From Eubacteriales bacterium (GTDB taxonomy: Bacteria > Bacillota > Clostridia > Christensenellales > JAWKQI01), in the NCBI GenBank assembly GCA_041390245.1, contig JAWKQI010000001.1:107558-171557 (forward strand): a stretch of DNA of 64,000 nt, given 5' to 3'. Numbering within the stretch: the first letter of the stretch is position 1; the number at the start of each line of letters is the position of its first letter. The position numbers and the translations under genes were made by a program. The notes under the pieces were generated by a model. The model saw nothing but the letters and a program-made list of their open reading frames with translations. It made no database searches and was not told where the DNA came from. Shown in pieces: positions 47,419 through 57,267 of the stretch.

Positions 47419-47667
47419 TTAATAAACACTGGCCTGTTTTTTGTCCCGTCCTTTTCTTTCATAACGGACAGTACCGTCAACCATTGAATAAAGCGTATCA
47501 TCGCTTCCTTTGCCTACGTTTATACCAGGATGTATCTTTGTACCACGTTGTCTTACTAATATGCTCCCTGCGCTAACTACCTGCCCATCTGAGCATTTAA
47601 CACCCAAGCGCTTCGAATGGCTGTCTCTACCGTTCTTGGAGCTTCCCATTCCTTTCTTATGTGCCAT
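47419..47667 (-). CDS. rpmA: 50S ribosomal protein L27 (no N-terminal propeptide)
   Basis: [16 protein letters not shown]... An in-frame TAG lies immediately upstream of the ATG. Confidence 0.95.
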   Translation of the reverse strand: MAHKKGMGSSKNGRDSHSKRLGVKCSDGQVVSAGSILVRQRGTKIHPGINVGKGSDDTLYSMVDGTVRYERKGRDKKQASVY

Positions 47668-47704
47668 CTAAATACACCTCTTTTCAACTAACTAAAACTA
47701 AAAA

Positions 47705-48040
47705 TTACTTTTCTTCCTTAACTTCAGCTTTTTCCTTACCGATGCTTAATATCTTAAGCTGTGTGAAAGGCTGCCTATGTCCCTGTTTCTTTTTATAATC
47801 TTTCTTTGCCTTATGCTTAAATACTATGACCTTTTGGCCTTTCCCTTGTTTTACAACTTCGGCTTTAATCTTAACATCTTTTACAATAGGCGTTCCAACA
47901 GAAACTTTTTTTCCATCGCAGAAAAGCAATGTGTCAAACTCAACTTTTTCCCCAGCTTTAGCTTCGATCTTTTCTACATATACGAAACCATCTGGTTCTG
48001 CTTTATATTGCTTTCCACCTGTTTGAAAAATCGCATACAC
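47705..48040 (-). CDS. rplU: 50S ribosomal protein L21
   Basis: (GTG)YAIFQTGGKQYK... AGGAGG lies 11 nt upstream. Confidence 0.95.
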   Translation of the reverse strand: MYAIFQTGGKQYKAEPDGFVYVEKIEAKAGEKVEFDTLLFCDGKKVSVGTPIVKDVKIKAEVVKQGKGQKVIVFKHKAKKDYKKKQGHRQPFTQLKILSIGKEKAEVKEEK

Positions 48041-48157
48041 TTAAACGTTTACCTCCTCAACCCAGTCTCGCCTCAATGGCAGTGCGCTTGCACATTTAAA
48101 AAGCCATTTTAGTGCGGCTCAAAGCGTATTTTAACATAGTGATCATGTCTTTGTCAA
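48041..48157 (-). promoter_or_regulatory. rplU promoter and candidate L21-leader RNA
   Basis: TTGACA (48157-48152), about 18 nt, then TAAAAT (48133-48128). In the leader, AAUGGC/GCCAUU encloses GUGC-AAGC-GCAC. Assignment to the Firmicute L21 leader family is not verified. Confidence 0.35.
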
Positions 48158-48164
48158 CAAACCT

Positions 48165-49700
48165 TTAGTTAAACATCTGAGACTCTTTTAAAAGCTCTTC
48201 CCTTACACGATCCTCTGCTATTCCACATATATTTATTTCATGAACCAAAAGCGTCTTTATCGGTTTTAAAAAGAATTTCTTGCCCGGTATCACTGGTAGC
48301 CACACGTCGTTTTCATTCTTTTTAGCCATGATAAAATCGAATACAGATGGATGTAACTCTATTATAAAATCGTTAAAAGATGTCTCGTTAACATTTTTTA
48401 TAACTTCCCGCCTAAGCCTTAAAGCAACGCTTTCCTCTGAATCTACGAACCCTGAACCGCCACACAGCGGGCATTCTTTCTTTGTCAGTATAGAGAGCTT
48501 TCTTCTTACCTTCTTTCTTGTCATTTCTACCAATCCAAGCTGCGTTATGCCAAGAACACTGGTTTTTGTCCTGTCTAATTTAAGCGCTACCTTTAAAGTA
48601 TCTAAGACAATATTTCTATTTTCCTCTTTTTCCATGTCTATAAAATCTATTATAATTATGCCGCTTATATCTCTTAACCGTATCTGCTTTGCTATCTCGT
48701 TTGCTGCCTCTACATTTACATTGAGTATCGTATCTTGCAGATCGTTTTCACCTACGTATTTTCCTGTATTTACATCTATTGATGTTAACGCTTCTGTCTC
48801 GTCTACTACTATATACCCTCCGCTTTTGAGCCAGACTTTCCTCTGTAAAATCTTGTCTATCTTTTCATTAATGCCATAATGCTCGAACATGTCATAGTGC
48901 TCATCAAAAAACTTTATACGTTTTTTCATCTCGGGCGCTATGAAACTCGTAAGTGCAAGTACTTTATCATAGTATTCCCTGTCATTTATTACAAATTCAG
49001 ATACATCTGGTGTAAACATATCCCTAACTGTTCTAAATACCATACCTTCTTCAGAATGTATAAGCCGGGGAGCAGAGAGCTTTTCACACCGTTCCTTTAT
49101 CTTTTCCCAAAGCCTTGCCAAAAACTTTATTTCAGATATAAAATCCTCTTCCTGCATCCCTTCAGCGGCAGTCCTTACTATCAAACCCATTCCCTTTGGG
49201 CGAACGCGGTCCACGATCAGTTTTAACCTTTCGCGTTCATTTTCATTTTCTATCTTTCTGGAAACTCCGACGTGGTCTACCGTCGGCATTAAAACCAGCC
49301 TTCTGCCCGGAAGAGTTATATGCGTAGTTACACGTGCACCCTTGCTGCCTCCCGGCTGCTTTAAAACCTGGATCATAATATCCTGGCCTTGTTTTAGCAT
49401 GTCGCTTATTCCCATCTTTTCAAGATCGTTTGATATTATTATCCTGTCGTTTTGAAATACGAAATCCGATTTGTCTACTAGTATATCTCCGGCGTATAGA
49501 AAGGCGTTTTTATTAAGCCCTATATCCACAAAAGCCGCCTGCATTCCAGGCAGTATATTGGCCACCTTTCCTTTATAGATATTGCCTACTAATCTTTCCC
49601 TTTGCGTCCTCTCAGTTTGGAATTCAACCATTTCTCCGTTCTCTAAAAGCGCAATACGAGACTCATGCATGTTAATATCTGCAATAATCTTTCTCTCCAT
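48165..49700 (-). CDS. rng: Rne/Rng-family ribonuclease (RNase G-like)
   Basis: S1 domain (GNIYKGKVANILPGMQAAFVDIG) plus the RNase E/G catalytic core. Confidence 0.85.
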   Translation of the reverse strand: MERKIIADINMHESRIALLENGEMVEFQTERTQRERLVGNIYKGKVANILPGMQAAFVDIGLNKNAFLYAGDILVDKSDFVFQNDRIIISNDLEKMGISDMLKQGQDIMIQVLKQPGGSKGARVTTHITLPGRRLVLMPTVDHVGVSRKIENENERERLKLIVDRVRPKGMGLIVRTAAEGMQEEDFISEIKFLARLWEKIKERCEKLSAPRLIHSEEGMVFRTVRDMFTPDVSEFVINDREYYDKVLALTSFIAPEMKKRIKFFDEHYDMFEHYGINEKIDKILQRKVWLKSGGYIVVDETEALTSIDVNTGKYVGENDLQDTILNVNVEAANEIAKQIRLRDISGIIIIDFIDMEKEENRNIVLDTLKVALKLDRTKTSVLGITQLGLVEMTRKKVRRKLSILTKKECPLCGGSGFVDSEESVALRLRREVIKNVNETSFNDFIIELHPSVFDFIMAKKNENDVWLPVIPGKKFFLKPIKTLLVHEINICGIAEDRVREELLKESQMFN

Positions 49701-49749
49701 ATTAAACTAGCTCCTAAAAAATAAATCTATTTACTAAAGGTAAACTTTT

Positions 49750-50403
49750 CTAACCGATAACTGCATCGATTAAAGGGCATATTTTACCGTTAACAGTAGA
49801 ATACAAACCTTTCCTTAAGATGTTAAACTTAGCTACATCTGTTTTGAAAAGTCCCTTTGTCAAATCTATTGGGTTTAAGTTATTTTCCTGCCCGCTTTTA
49901 AGCATTAAACAAATCCCGTCTTCACACCTGTTTAAGCTTATTATACGGTCCTTTACGTCAATAGTCTTTAAATTGCCTTTTTTAAAAACGTCTATTACTA
50001 CACTTGGCTTTTCAATAAACTCTATCATTTGTTCTATAAAGTTACTTGGAGCTTTGAGCATATACGATGAATGCGTAACCAAAGCCGCTAGTTTTTTTGC
50101 ATTGTCCGGCATATTAACAACGGACTTTGGCGTGACACCGCTTGGGAAAGCTTCTTTTAATGCCGCCAAAACCTCTTCTTTGGAAAAATCCTCCGTAGTT
50201 GAAAACTCAAAATACTCGGATTCGCTGACCAGACCAACCGGCATTGCCGTTGCAAAAGATAATAGTATGTGCGGGTTGAATCCGGCAGAATAGGCAACCG
50301 GAAGACCGCTTCTTTTAAGTGCCCTCATAACTGTCCTTTGTAGGTCCAGATGCGATACATACGTTGCTGGAAAATCCCTTGAAAATTCTACAGCCCATCT
50401 CAT
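49750..50403 (-). CDS. Radical-SAM-linked protein (DUF2344/TIGR03936-like)
   Basis: 217 aa. 4-nt overlap with the upstream radical SAM gene, which is the typical pairing. Confidence 0.65.
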   Translation of the reverse strand: MRWAVEFSRDFPATYVSHLDLQRTVMRALKRSGLPVAYSAGFNPHILLSFATAMPVGLVSESEYFEFSTTEDFSKEEVLAALKEAFPSGVTPKSVVNMPDNAKKLAALVTHSSYMLKAPSNFIEQMIEFIEKPSVVIDVFKKGNLKTIDVKDRIISLNRCEDGICLMLKSGQENNLNPIDLTKGLFKTDVAKFNILRKGLYSTVNGKICPLIDAVIG

Positions 50404-52220
50404 ATGCAGACACCTTTTCCTTCAAGCCCGCAAAGATCACAGCCTGCCCGGCAGTCGCGGGTGGTCGACCCCGACTTTGCTCTTGAAAGTTCCTTAAGCA
50501 GGTATTCTTTGCTGACTCCGCAGCTTATATGGTCCCAAGGGAGCGGCTCGTCTAAATCGCGCACACGGTTAGCATAAAATTTGGGGTCTATTCCCGTATC
50601 TGCAAAAGCCCTCGCCCACAAATCCATGTCGAAGAAATCTCCCCAGCTGTCGAACCTGGCCCCCAGCTCGTATGCACGCAAAAGCGTTTTTGATAGGCGC
50701 CTGTCTCCTCTTGCAAAGACCGCCTCTAAAAAACTTACGTTCGCATCATGGTAATTGTATTTTACCCCGCGTATTTTAAGCTTGCCTTTTAAATAAAGCT
50801 GCTTTTTAACTAAGCTTTCTTTATCTTCCTGCGCTTCCCACTGGAATGGAGTATGCGGTTTTGGCACAAAGCTGGATACGCTTACATGTATGTTAAGTGC
50901 CCTGGCCCTTTTTTCAAGCGGCATAGAATAATAAAGAGACCTTACTTTTAATACCAAGTTTACTATGCCGTCTAAATCCTCATAAGTTTCAAAGGGCAAT
51001 CCTATCATAAAATAGAGTTTAACGCTGCTGATTCCGGCATCAAACGCATCTGATAAATTTGATAATAAATCCTCTTCCGTTATATTTTTGTTGATTATGT
51101 CTCTTAAGCGCTGTGTACCTGCTTCCGGCGCCAATGTAAGCCCCGTGCTTCTGACTTTCGTAGTTTTATTTACTATCTTGGAAAGTTCAGAATCTGCCCT
51201 TAGAGAAGGAAGTGCAACCGATACCCGTTTATTTTCAAATTCCTCTATCATGTCTGTTAAAAGCTTTGCTATTTCAGAATAATCTCCTGAAGAAAGCGAG
51301 CAAAGAGACACTTCATCAAACCCTGTATTTTTTATTATCTCCTTTGCCTGGCAAAATACTGTATCGCTCTTTTTTTCGCGTACAGGGCGGTATATAAACC
51401 CTGCCTGGCAAAATCTGCACCCTTTTGTACAGCCTCTAAAAACTTCTACGACTGCCCGGTCATGGACTATGCTTTGAAACGGTACTATCGGTGCAGTCGG
51501 GAAATACGCACTGTCAAGGTCCTCAATTATACGCTTATTTACTATCTTTGGAGCATTGCCTGTCGGTTTTAGCAACACGCCTTTTTCTAAGTAGTCAACT
51601 TCATATAATGACGGGACATAAACCCCTCTTAACTTTGAAACTCTCTTTAAAAATTTAAGTTTAGTCTCTTTTAAAGCCCTGCTTGCCTTATACTCATCTA
51701 CAAACTCGCTAATTATTTCTTCTCCTTCGCCTATCAAAAACGCATCGAAAATATCTGCTACAGGCTCCGGGTTATATACTGCCCCGCCTCCGCCGATTAT
51801 AATAGGGTCACTATCTTTGCGGTCTTTTGAAAGTGCGGGTATTAAAGATAAATTGAGCATAGTCAATATGTTTGTATAACACATTTCATAGCCTATACTA
51901 AAGCCAAGTATGTTAAACTCGTTTAATGGTGTTTTCGTCTCAAGTGAAAAAAGCGGGATTTTTAACTCTCGCATCCTTTGTTCCATGTCTACCCATGGTG
52001 CGGCGGCGCGTTCACAATAAACATCTGTCCTATTGTTTAAAATGTGATATAGTATGCTTATCCCTAAATTGGACATGGCAACTTCATAAACATCTGGAAA
52101 GCACATGCAAAAACGCACATCCACGTCGGCAGCGTTCTTTACGGCCATGTTATACTCTCCTCCGGTATACCGGGACATATTTTTTACGCCGAATGAAAGT
52201 TCACCAAAAAAGTTGTCCAA
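50400..52220 (-). CDS. B12-binding-domain radical SAM protein (TIGR03960-like)
   Basis: CTKGCRFCQAG CxxxCxxC motif. RYTGGEYN N-terminal motif. Confidence 0.75.
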   Translation of the reverse strand: MDNFFGELSFGVKNMSRYTGGEYNMAVKNAADVDVRFCMCFPDVYEVAMSNLGISILYHILNNRTDVYCERAAAPWVDMEQRMRELKIPLFSLETKTPLNEFNILGFSIGYEMCYTNILTMLNLSLIPALSKDRKDSDPIIIGGGGAVYNPEPVADIFDAFLIGEGEEIISEFVDEYKASRALKETKLKFLKRVSKLRGVYVPSLYEVDYLEKGVLLKPTGNAPKIVNKRIIEDLDSAYFPTAPIVPFQSIVHDRAVVEVFRGCTKGCRFCQAGFIYRPVREKKSDTVFCQAKEIIKNTGFDEVSLCSLSSGDYSEIAKLLTDMIEEFENKRVSVALPSLRADSELSKIVNKTTKVRSTGLTLAPEAGTQRLRDIINKNITEEDLLSNLSDAFDAGISSVKLYFMIGLPFETYEDLDGIVNLVLKVRSLYYSMPLEKRARALNIHVSVSSFVPKPHTPFQWEAQEDKESLVKKQLYLKGKLKIRGVKYNYHDANVSFLEAVFARGDRRLSKTLLRAYELGARFDSWGDFFDMDLWARAFADTGIDPKFYANRVRDLDEPLPWDHISCGVSKEYLLKELSRAKSGSTTRDCRAGCDLCGLEGKGVCI

Positions 52221-52302
52221 TTAATTTGCTCCTAATATTATCTAACAGCTTATTTTACCACATTGACAAATACCTAGTCAAAAATTTTGTAAAAATTAAA
52301 CG

Positions 52303-53178
52303 TCAAATTTTACTTAATATTGTCTTTATTTTTACATCTAAGCCATATTTTAAAACAGCATCCATAACCTGGGTTTCAGAAAGGCTTTTAAGTATCCTCA
52401 TATCATCGTCTAAAATATAAACCACGTTATATTTCCCTGCATCAAATTCCTTTAAAACATCTCTTAAATAGTTATTGTCCATGATCGCAAAACCGCGCAT
52501 CAAGACGGCTTTTTGCGTAGATAAAAGCTTTCTTTTAGAAGATATGTCCCGTATAACCGTATACGGCACATTCTTGATCTCTTTGATTGCAGCATACAGT
52601 AAAAAAACAGCCATAAAAAAAAACGTCCGGTTAAAGTAGCCTTTTATTACCATAAATACGCCGCCCAAAAGCATAATGGAGGAAATAACCACCCCGAATA
52701 TAGCGCATATCTTAGTTGCCTTTTTCTGTCCTATACTTCGGGCAAGCAGCGCACGCACTATATGCCCTCCGTCAAGCGGCAGTGCCGGCAGCAGATTTAT
52801 CGCAGCAATGGTTAAATTTGCCGTTATAAACTGCCTTGCAATTGAAAGCGGCGCGTAATACTTGTCTATAAAAAATATGCCGGCCGCCAAAACTATGTTT
52901 ACAGCGGGGCCGGCAGCTGCAGTAAATACTTCCTTTAGTGCAGATAGTGCCGTAAAGCTTTTGACCTTTGCCGTGCATCCGAAAGGAAGTATTTCAACAT
53001 CATCTATAATAATACCGCAGGCGCCCGCCGCTACCATATGTGCAAGTTCGTGGATAATCAATGCCGGTATATAAAATATCAGCATATCCCACATGCCTAA
53101 AACTATCAATCCTAGCATCACAAAAATAAGTAAAATATTTATCTTAAAGCGTCCGCCTGCAATTCTTATAGTATTCAT
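52303..53178 (-). CDS. spoIVFB: M50 site-2 metalloprotease, SpoIVFB-like
   Basis: HELAHM and NLLPALPLDGGH motifs with a C-terminal CBS-like region. Confidence 0.8.
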   Translation of the reverse strand: MNTIRIAGGRFKINILLIFVMLGLIVLGMWDMLIFYIPALIIHELAHMVAAGACGIIIDDVEILPFGCTAKVKSFTALSALKEVFTAAAGPAVNIVLAAGIFFIDKYYAPLSIARQFITANLTIAAINLLPALPLDGGHIVRALLARSIGQKKATKICAIFGVVISSIMLLGGVFMVIKGYFNRTFFFMAVFLLYAAIKEIKNVPYTVIRDISSKRKLLSTQKAVLMRGFAIMDNNYLRDVLKEFDAGKYNVVYILDDDMRILKSLSETQVMDAVLKYGLDVKIKTILSKI

Positions 53179-53190
53179 TTAATATTATTT

Positions 53191-53904
53191 TCACCCTTGA
53201 TCCATATATGAAAGTGGATCTACAGCTTCACCGTTTACATAGATCTCAAATTTTAAAACGTCACCGGAAAGAGTGCCTATCAAATCTCCCGAATCCAATG
53301 TATCTCCTTCTTGAACAGCCGGTGAAACGCCGTAATAAGAGGCCTCGCTTCCGTCTTCGTTTTTCATAGTCACTATACTTCCATTTAGATCTTCTTCATT
53401 TTTCTCAATTGCATATACGCTTCCAGAGACCGCGTTTATAACATTTGCTCCCTGAGAAGTTTCAATAGAAATGCCTTCACTTCCATCTTCTCCAAACTTA
53501 GCCGTTATTTTGCCTTCCACGGGAAATACAAATACATTGGCATCGGTCGAAACAGAGATATCCCCCTCTGTATTTTCCACGAATTTAAGTTTCCCAATAT
53601 CCTCGTCTATCGTAGTATTTTGATCAGCATTGTCTATACCTGCTATAACTCCGCTGGTAAGTGGCGTATCTATACTTCTAAGCACGAGTATGGAAAGAGC
53701 AATCACTGCAAAAACCGCCGTCTTTAGCATAAGTCCGCGTATTTTCTCCTCATTTTTATCATTTTTTATATTAGCCGTACTTTTAACGGGATAATTTAAG
53801 CGTATCCCCCTATAGTTTCTTATCTCTTCAACAGACTCAAAACCAGCCAATTCAATTTTATCAAGCGAGCTTTTATCACGCATAATATACAATTCTCCCT
53901 TCAA
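53191..53904 (-). CDS. spoIVFA: SpoIVFA-like protein (degenerate M23/LytM C-terminal domain)
   Basis: One TM plus a LytM-like C-terminus lacking the HxxxD/HxH metal motifs. Sits upstream of spoIVFB. Confidence 0.55.
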   Translation of the reverse strand: MKGELYIMRDKSSLDKIELAGFESVEEIRNYRGIRLNYPVKSTANIKNDKNEEKIRGLMLKTAVFAVIALSILVLRSIDTPLTSGVIAGIDNADQNTTIDEDIGKLKFVENTEGDISVSTDANVFVFPVEGKITAKFGEDGSEGISIETSQGANVINAVSGSVYAIEKNEEDLNGSIVTMKNEDGSEASYYGVSPAVQEGDTLDSGDLIGTLSGDVLKFEIYVNGEAVDPLSYMDQG

Positions 53905-53947
53905 TAGTCCTTAAAAGATTATATTTTTTTTTTGCAAAAAAAATACC

Positions 53948-53980
53948 GCATATAAATACTTTGAAAAGGTATTTATATGC
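53948..53980 (-). terminator. Intrinsic terminator after rodA
   Basis: 12-bp stem GCATATAAATAC/GTATTTATATGC followed on the minus strand by GGUAUUUUUUUU. Confidence 0.75.
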
Positions 53981-54021
53981 AGTATCAAAAACATTCTTAG
54001 TTTTATATATATTAACTGTTT

Positions 54022-55182
54022 TTAAGCCAAACTCCACCTAAACCGTCTCGCGTTGACGTTTAAAATCAAGCCGACCGCTATCATGTTTGCAAGCATGCTA
54101 GAGCCTCCATAGCTGAAAAACGGCAGAGGTATACCCGTAACCGGCATTATGCCCATATTCATCCCTAGATTTTCAAATATATGGAATAGAAGCATACAAA
54201 CTACCCCTGACACCAAAAACATCCCTTGGTCGTCCTTTGCTTTGCTCGCAATATATAGCGCTCTTAAAAGCAGAGCAAGATAAAGCCCCATTAAGAAAAA
54301 CGCACCGATAAACCCAACTGCCTCAACAGTTACACCGAAAATAAAATCTGTATGGCTGTCTGGCACGTAGTTTAATTGCCCCAGTGCACCAGCGGAGAAA
54401 AAGCCTTTGCCGGCAAACTGACCTGCACCTATAGCTATCTTAGCCTGGGAGACCTGATATCCGGTCCCTTGAGTATCCGCCCCTGGATTTAAAAAGGATA
54501 CGATCCGGGCCTTCTGCGTAGAGTTCATAACCAGCCACGCCAGAGGTAGCATGATTATTCCTACCAATAGGATCATTCCTATTATCTTTAAATTTGTCCG
54601 CCCGACAAACAGCATGCCAAAAAATATAACCAAAAATACTAACGCAGTCCCGATATCTTTTTGTAAAACTATAAGCCCAAACGGCAATGCAAACAAAAGT
54701 GCCACCGGAAAAACATCTTTTATCCTTTCGATCCTATGGCCGCCTCTCGTGCTTTCACTCATTTTTTTTGCCAAAACTATAATAAGCGATATCTTGGCAA
54801 CCTCACTTGGCTGAAACCCACGGCTGCCGAATTTGAACCAGCCCTGCATCCCACGTACCTCAGTAGTTAAGAATACCAGCAATAGCAAAGCAATATTAAA
54901 CCAGTATATCCACCGGGAATAATCGCATATGACAGAATAATCTGGTATAAGTACTATTGTAACGGCTATCAAGCCTACCAATACCCACATCAACTGAAGC
55001 TTTACGTAACTGAAATTTAGTTTGCTTAAATAATCGCTTAATGTGCTTTCATCACCCGTAAACGGTGAACTCGTTGCATTTATTATCGCAACTAAACCAA
55101 ATAAACATATAGCAAAAACTATCGATACAGTAACCCAGTCTATATGCTTTAAAAACCTTATATTTATAAAACGAAACCTCAT
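54022..55182 (-). CDS. rodA: SEDS glycosyltransferase RodA (FtsW/RodA/SpoVE family)
   Basis: 386-aa SEDS protein (PDSHTDFIF, PLPFFSYGGSS). Confidence 0.88.
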   Translation of the reverse strand: MRFRFINIRFLKHIDWVTVSIVFAICLFGLVAIINATSSPFTGDESTLSDYLSKLNFSYVKLQLMWVLVGLIAVTIVLIPDYSVICDYSRWIYWFNIALLLLVFLTTEVRGMQGWFKFGSRGFQPSEVAKISLIIVLAKKMSESTRGGHRIERIKDVFPVALLFALPFGLIVLQKDIGTALVFLVIFFGMLFVGRTNLKIIGMILLVGIIMLPLAWLVMNSTQKARIVSFLNPGADTQGTGYQVSQAKIAIGAGQFAGKGFFSAGALGQLNYVPDSHTDFIFGVTVEAVGFIGAFFLMGLYLALLLRALYIASKAKDDQGMFLVSGVVCMLLFHIFENLGMNMGIMPVTGIPLPFFSYGGSSMLANMIAVGLILNVNARRFRWSLA

Positions 55183-55291
55183 ACGTTTCTCCGTTAAGAA
55201 TCTTTTATTTTGCTTTTAATTATATCATTAAACTCAATTTAATACAAAGTTATAAACATGGTTTTTTATAACATAATTTTGTAAATAAAAA

Positions 55292-55307
55292 ATGCCGTAT
55301 ACGGCAT
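55292..55307 (-). terminator. Intrinsic terminator after minE
   Basis: ATGCCGTATACGGCAT palindrome flanked by A5/T5 runs. The minus strand continues UUUUUUAUUU. Confidence 0.75.
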
Positions 55308-55316
55308 TTTTATTCT

Positions 55317-55592
55317 TTATTTGTTTTTACCCATACACTTTACGTTTCTTATGGGAACATTTACTAGAAGCTTTGTCGTATCACTATCCAAACCGTTTTG
55401 TTCCCGGGTTATCTTTACCTCTACATCATCATCCGATATATCTATGTAGTTTTCCAATACCTTCATAATATCACGCTGTAAACTCTTTATAAAATTATTA
55501 TCAGTTGAAGTACCATTACGGTCATGAATTAAAACTAGTTTTAACCTCTCCTTAGCAACCTGATTGCTTTTCTTCTTCCCAAAAAAGCCCAT
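55317..55592 (-). CDS. minE: Cell division topological specificity factor MinE
   Basis: 91 aa with KERLKLVLIHDR. Confidence 0.9.
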   Translation of the reverse strand: MGFFGKKKSNQVAKERLKLVLIHDRNGTSTDNNFIKSLQRDIMKVLENYIDISDDDVEVKITREQNGLDSDTTKLLVNVPIRNVKCMGKNK

Positions 55593-55604
55593 CTTGGTAC
55601 CTCC

Positions 55605-56399
55605 TTAACTATTACTGCCAAAAATATTTTTGATTTTCCCAAAAAACGTCTTTTTATTTAGATCCATAAACGGAACTTCTTCACCTAAAATTCTCTTTGT
55701 AATGTTCTTATAAGCTTGTCCTGCAGGTGCTTTTTTATCACTAATAAGCGGTTCACCTAAATTAGTCGCACGAATAACCTCTTCATCGTCTGGCACCACA
55801 CCTATTAAATCTAATCCGAGCACTTCAAGAGTATCGTCAATACCCAGCATATCCCCCTGGTTTACCAGGCTTTGCCTTATGCGGTTTATAAGCAGATATA
55901 CGTCGTCTATGCCTTCCGCAGACAAAAGGCCGACTATCCTATCCGCATCGCGAACAGAAGACACCTCGGGCATAGCCACGACTATCGCAGACTTTGCCCC
56001 CGCAATAGCGTTTTTAAATCCCTGCTCTATGCCGGCAGGACAGTCTATCAATATATAATCAAACTCCTTTTCAAGATCGGATATTAAACTTCTCATCTGG
56101 TCCGGAGTGACGGCATTTTTATCCCTTGTCTGAGCTGCCGGCAAAAGAAACAAGCCGCTAAACCTCTTGTCCTTTATAAGCGCTTGCTTTAATCTGCATG
56201 TTCCTTCTATAACATCTACCAAGTCATACACAATCCTATTTTCAAGCCCCAAAACTACGTCTAAATTTCTAAGCCCAATATCCGTATCAACTAAAACGAC
56301 TTTTTTCCCCTCTATTGCCAATCCTGCACCTAAGTTAGCTGAAGTGGTCGTCTTGCCTACCCCGCCTTTACCAGAAGTTACTACGATTACATTGTTCAT
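55605..56399 (-). CDS. minD: Septum site-determining ATPase MinD
   Basis: SGKGGVGKTT deviant Walker A. Confidence 0.95.
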   Translation of the reverse strand: MNNVIVVTSGKGGVGKTTTSANLGAGLAIEGKKVVLVDTDIGLRNLDVVLGLENRIVYDLVDVIEGTCRLKQALIKDKRFSGLFLLPAAQTRDKNAVTPDQMRSLISDLEKEFDYILIDCPAGIEQGFKNAIAGAKSAIVVAMPEVSSVRDADRIVGLLSAEGIDDVYLLINRIRQSLVNQGDMLGIDDTLEVLGLDLIGVVPDDEEVIRATNLGEPLISDKKAPAGQAYKNITKRILGEEVPFMDLNKKTFFGKIKNIFGSNS

Positions 56400-56429
56400 C
56401 TTAATATTTCCCCCCTCAATACTATAATG

Positions 56430-57158
56430 TTAATGTTGTTGCTTCATAGGAAAATGTTTTTGATTTACGTCTGTTATGGTTATATTCCCATCCTCTATCT
56501 TAGCAATTTCCGGTACTAAAGAAGAAGCACCTTCTGGGAAAATAGCAATTTTAGCATTTATCCTTAACTGCTTCGGGCAAAGTTTATTTGCTGCTATAAC
56601 AACTCCTGCCCTTCCAGTTGCGCCTGCATGTGCAAGCCCCCTTAATGCACCTATTACTATTATGCTTCCTCCGGCAACTATTTCAGCGCCGTTATTTACA
56701 TCTCCTAATACTACAACGTCTCCCTCACACTCGACACGCTGTCCATTTCTTAAAGTGTGCGAGATAATTATAGAGCGTGCATCAAAATAATCATTTGACA
56801 CAAGTTCTATACCGGATTTACTACTCTTTTCAGCCGAATCCCTTTTGTCATTTTCCGTTTTGATATCTTTTATTTTCTTCTCTGTGTGTTTTGGGGCAGT
56901 TTTTGAACTGGGTCCTTTAAAGACCACATTTAATAACCCGAATCTCCTTAGAAAAATCTCTTTTATCTCATGCATTTCAGTTTCTTCAAAGTTACGTCCG
57001 GCTATTAACACTTTAGATGTTGCGCCCCGAAAAAAATTATCATTTTGCTCTATTCTTTTGACAAGAGCTTCTTTAATGGCATTATATGATTTTACCTCGT
57101 CACACAAAATCTCTAAGCAGCCAGATGATATCCCCTTAAATGAGACTATATTCTTCAT
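56430..57158 (-). CDS. minC: Septum site-determining protein MinC
   Basis: C-terminal beta-helix repeats (GDVNNGAEIVAGGSIIVIGALRG). Confidence 0.88.
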   Translation of the reverse strand: MKNIVSFKGISSGCLEILCDEVKSYNAIKEALVKRIEQNDNFFRGATSKVLIAGRNFEETEMHEIKEIFLRRFGLLNVVFKGPSSKTAPKHTEKKIKDIKTENDKRDSAEKSSKSGIELVSNDYFDARSIIISHTLRNGQRVECEGDVVVLGDVNNGAEIVAGGSIIVIGALRGLAHAGATGRAGVVIAANKLCPKQLRINAKIAIFPEGASSLVPEIAKIEDGNITITDVNQKHFPMKQQH

Positions 57159-57211
57159 AAAAATGCCTCTTTTTTGCTAAATTTGTCGTTTTAATTATAT
57201 ATTATAAAAAA

Positions 57212-57236
57212 ACACATGTAAATACCATACATGTGT
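57212..57236. terminator. Bidirectional intrinsic terminator after pbp2
   Basis: ACACATGTA-AATACCA-TACATGTGT flanked by A7/T5 runs. Confidence 0.7.
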
Positions 57237-57267
57237 TTTTAATTTATTGATTTATAATACTGTTCCT

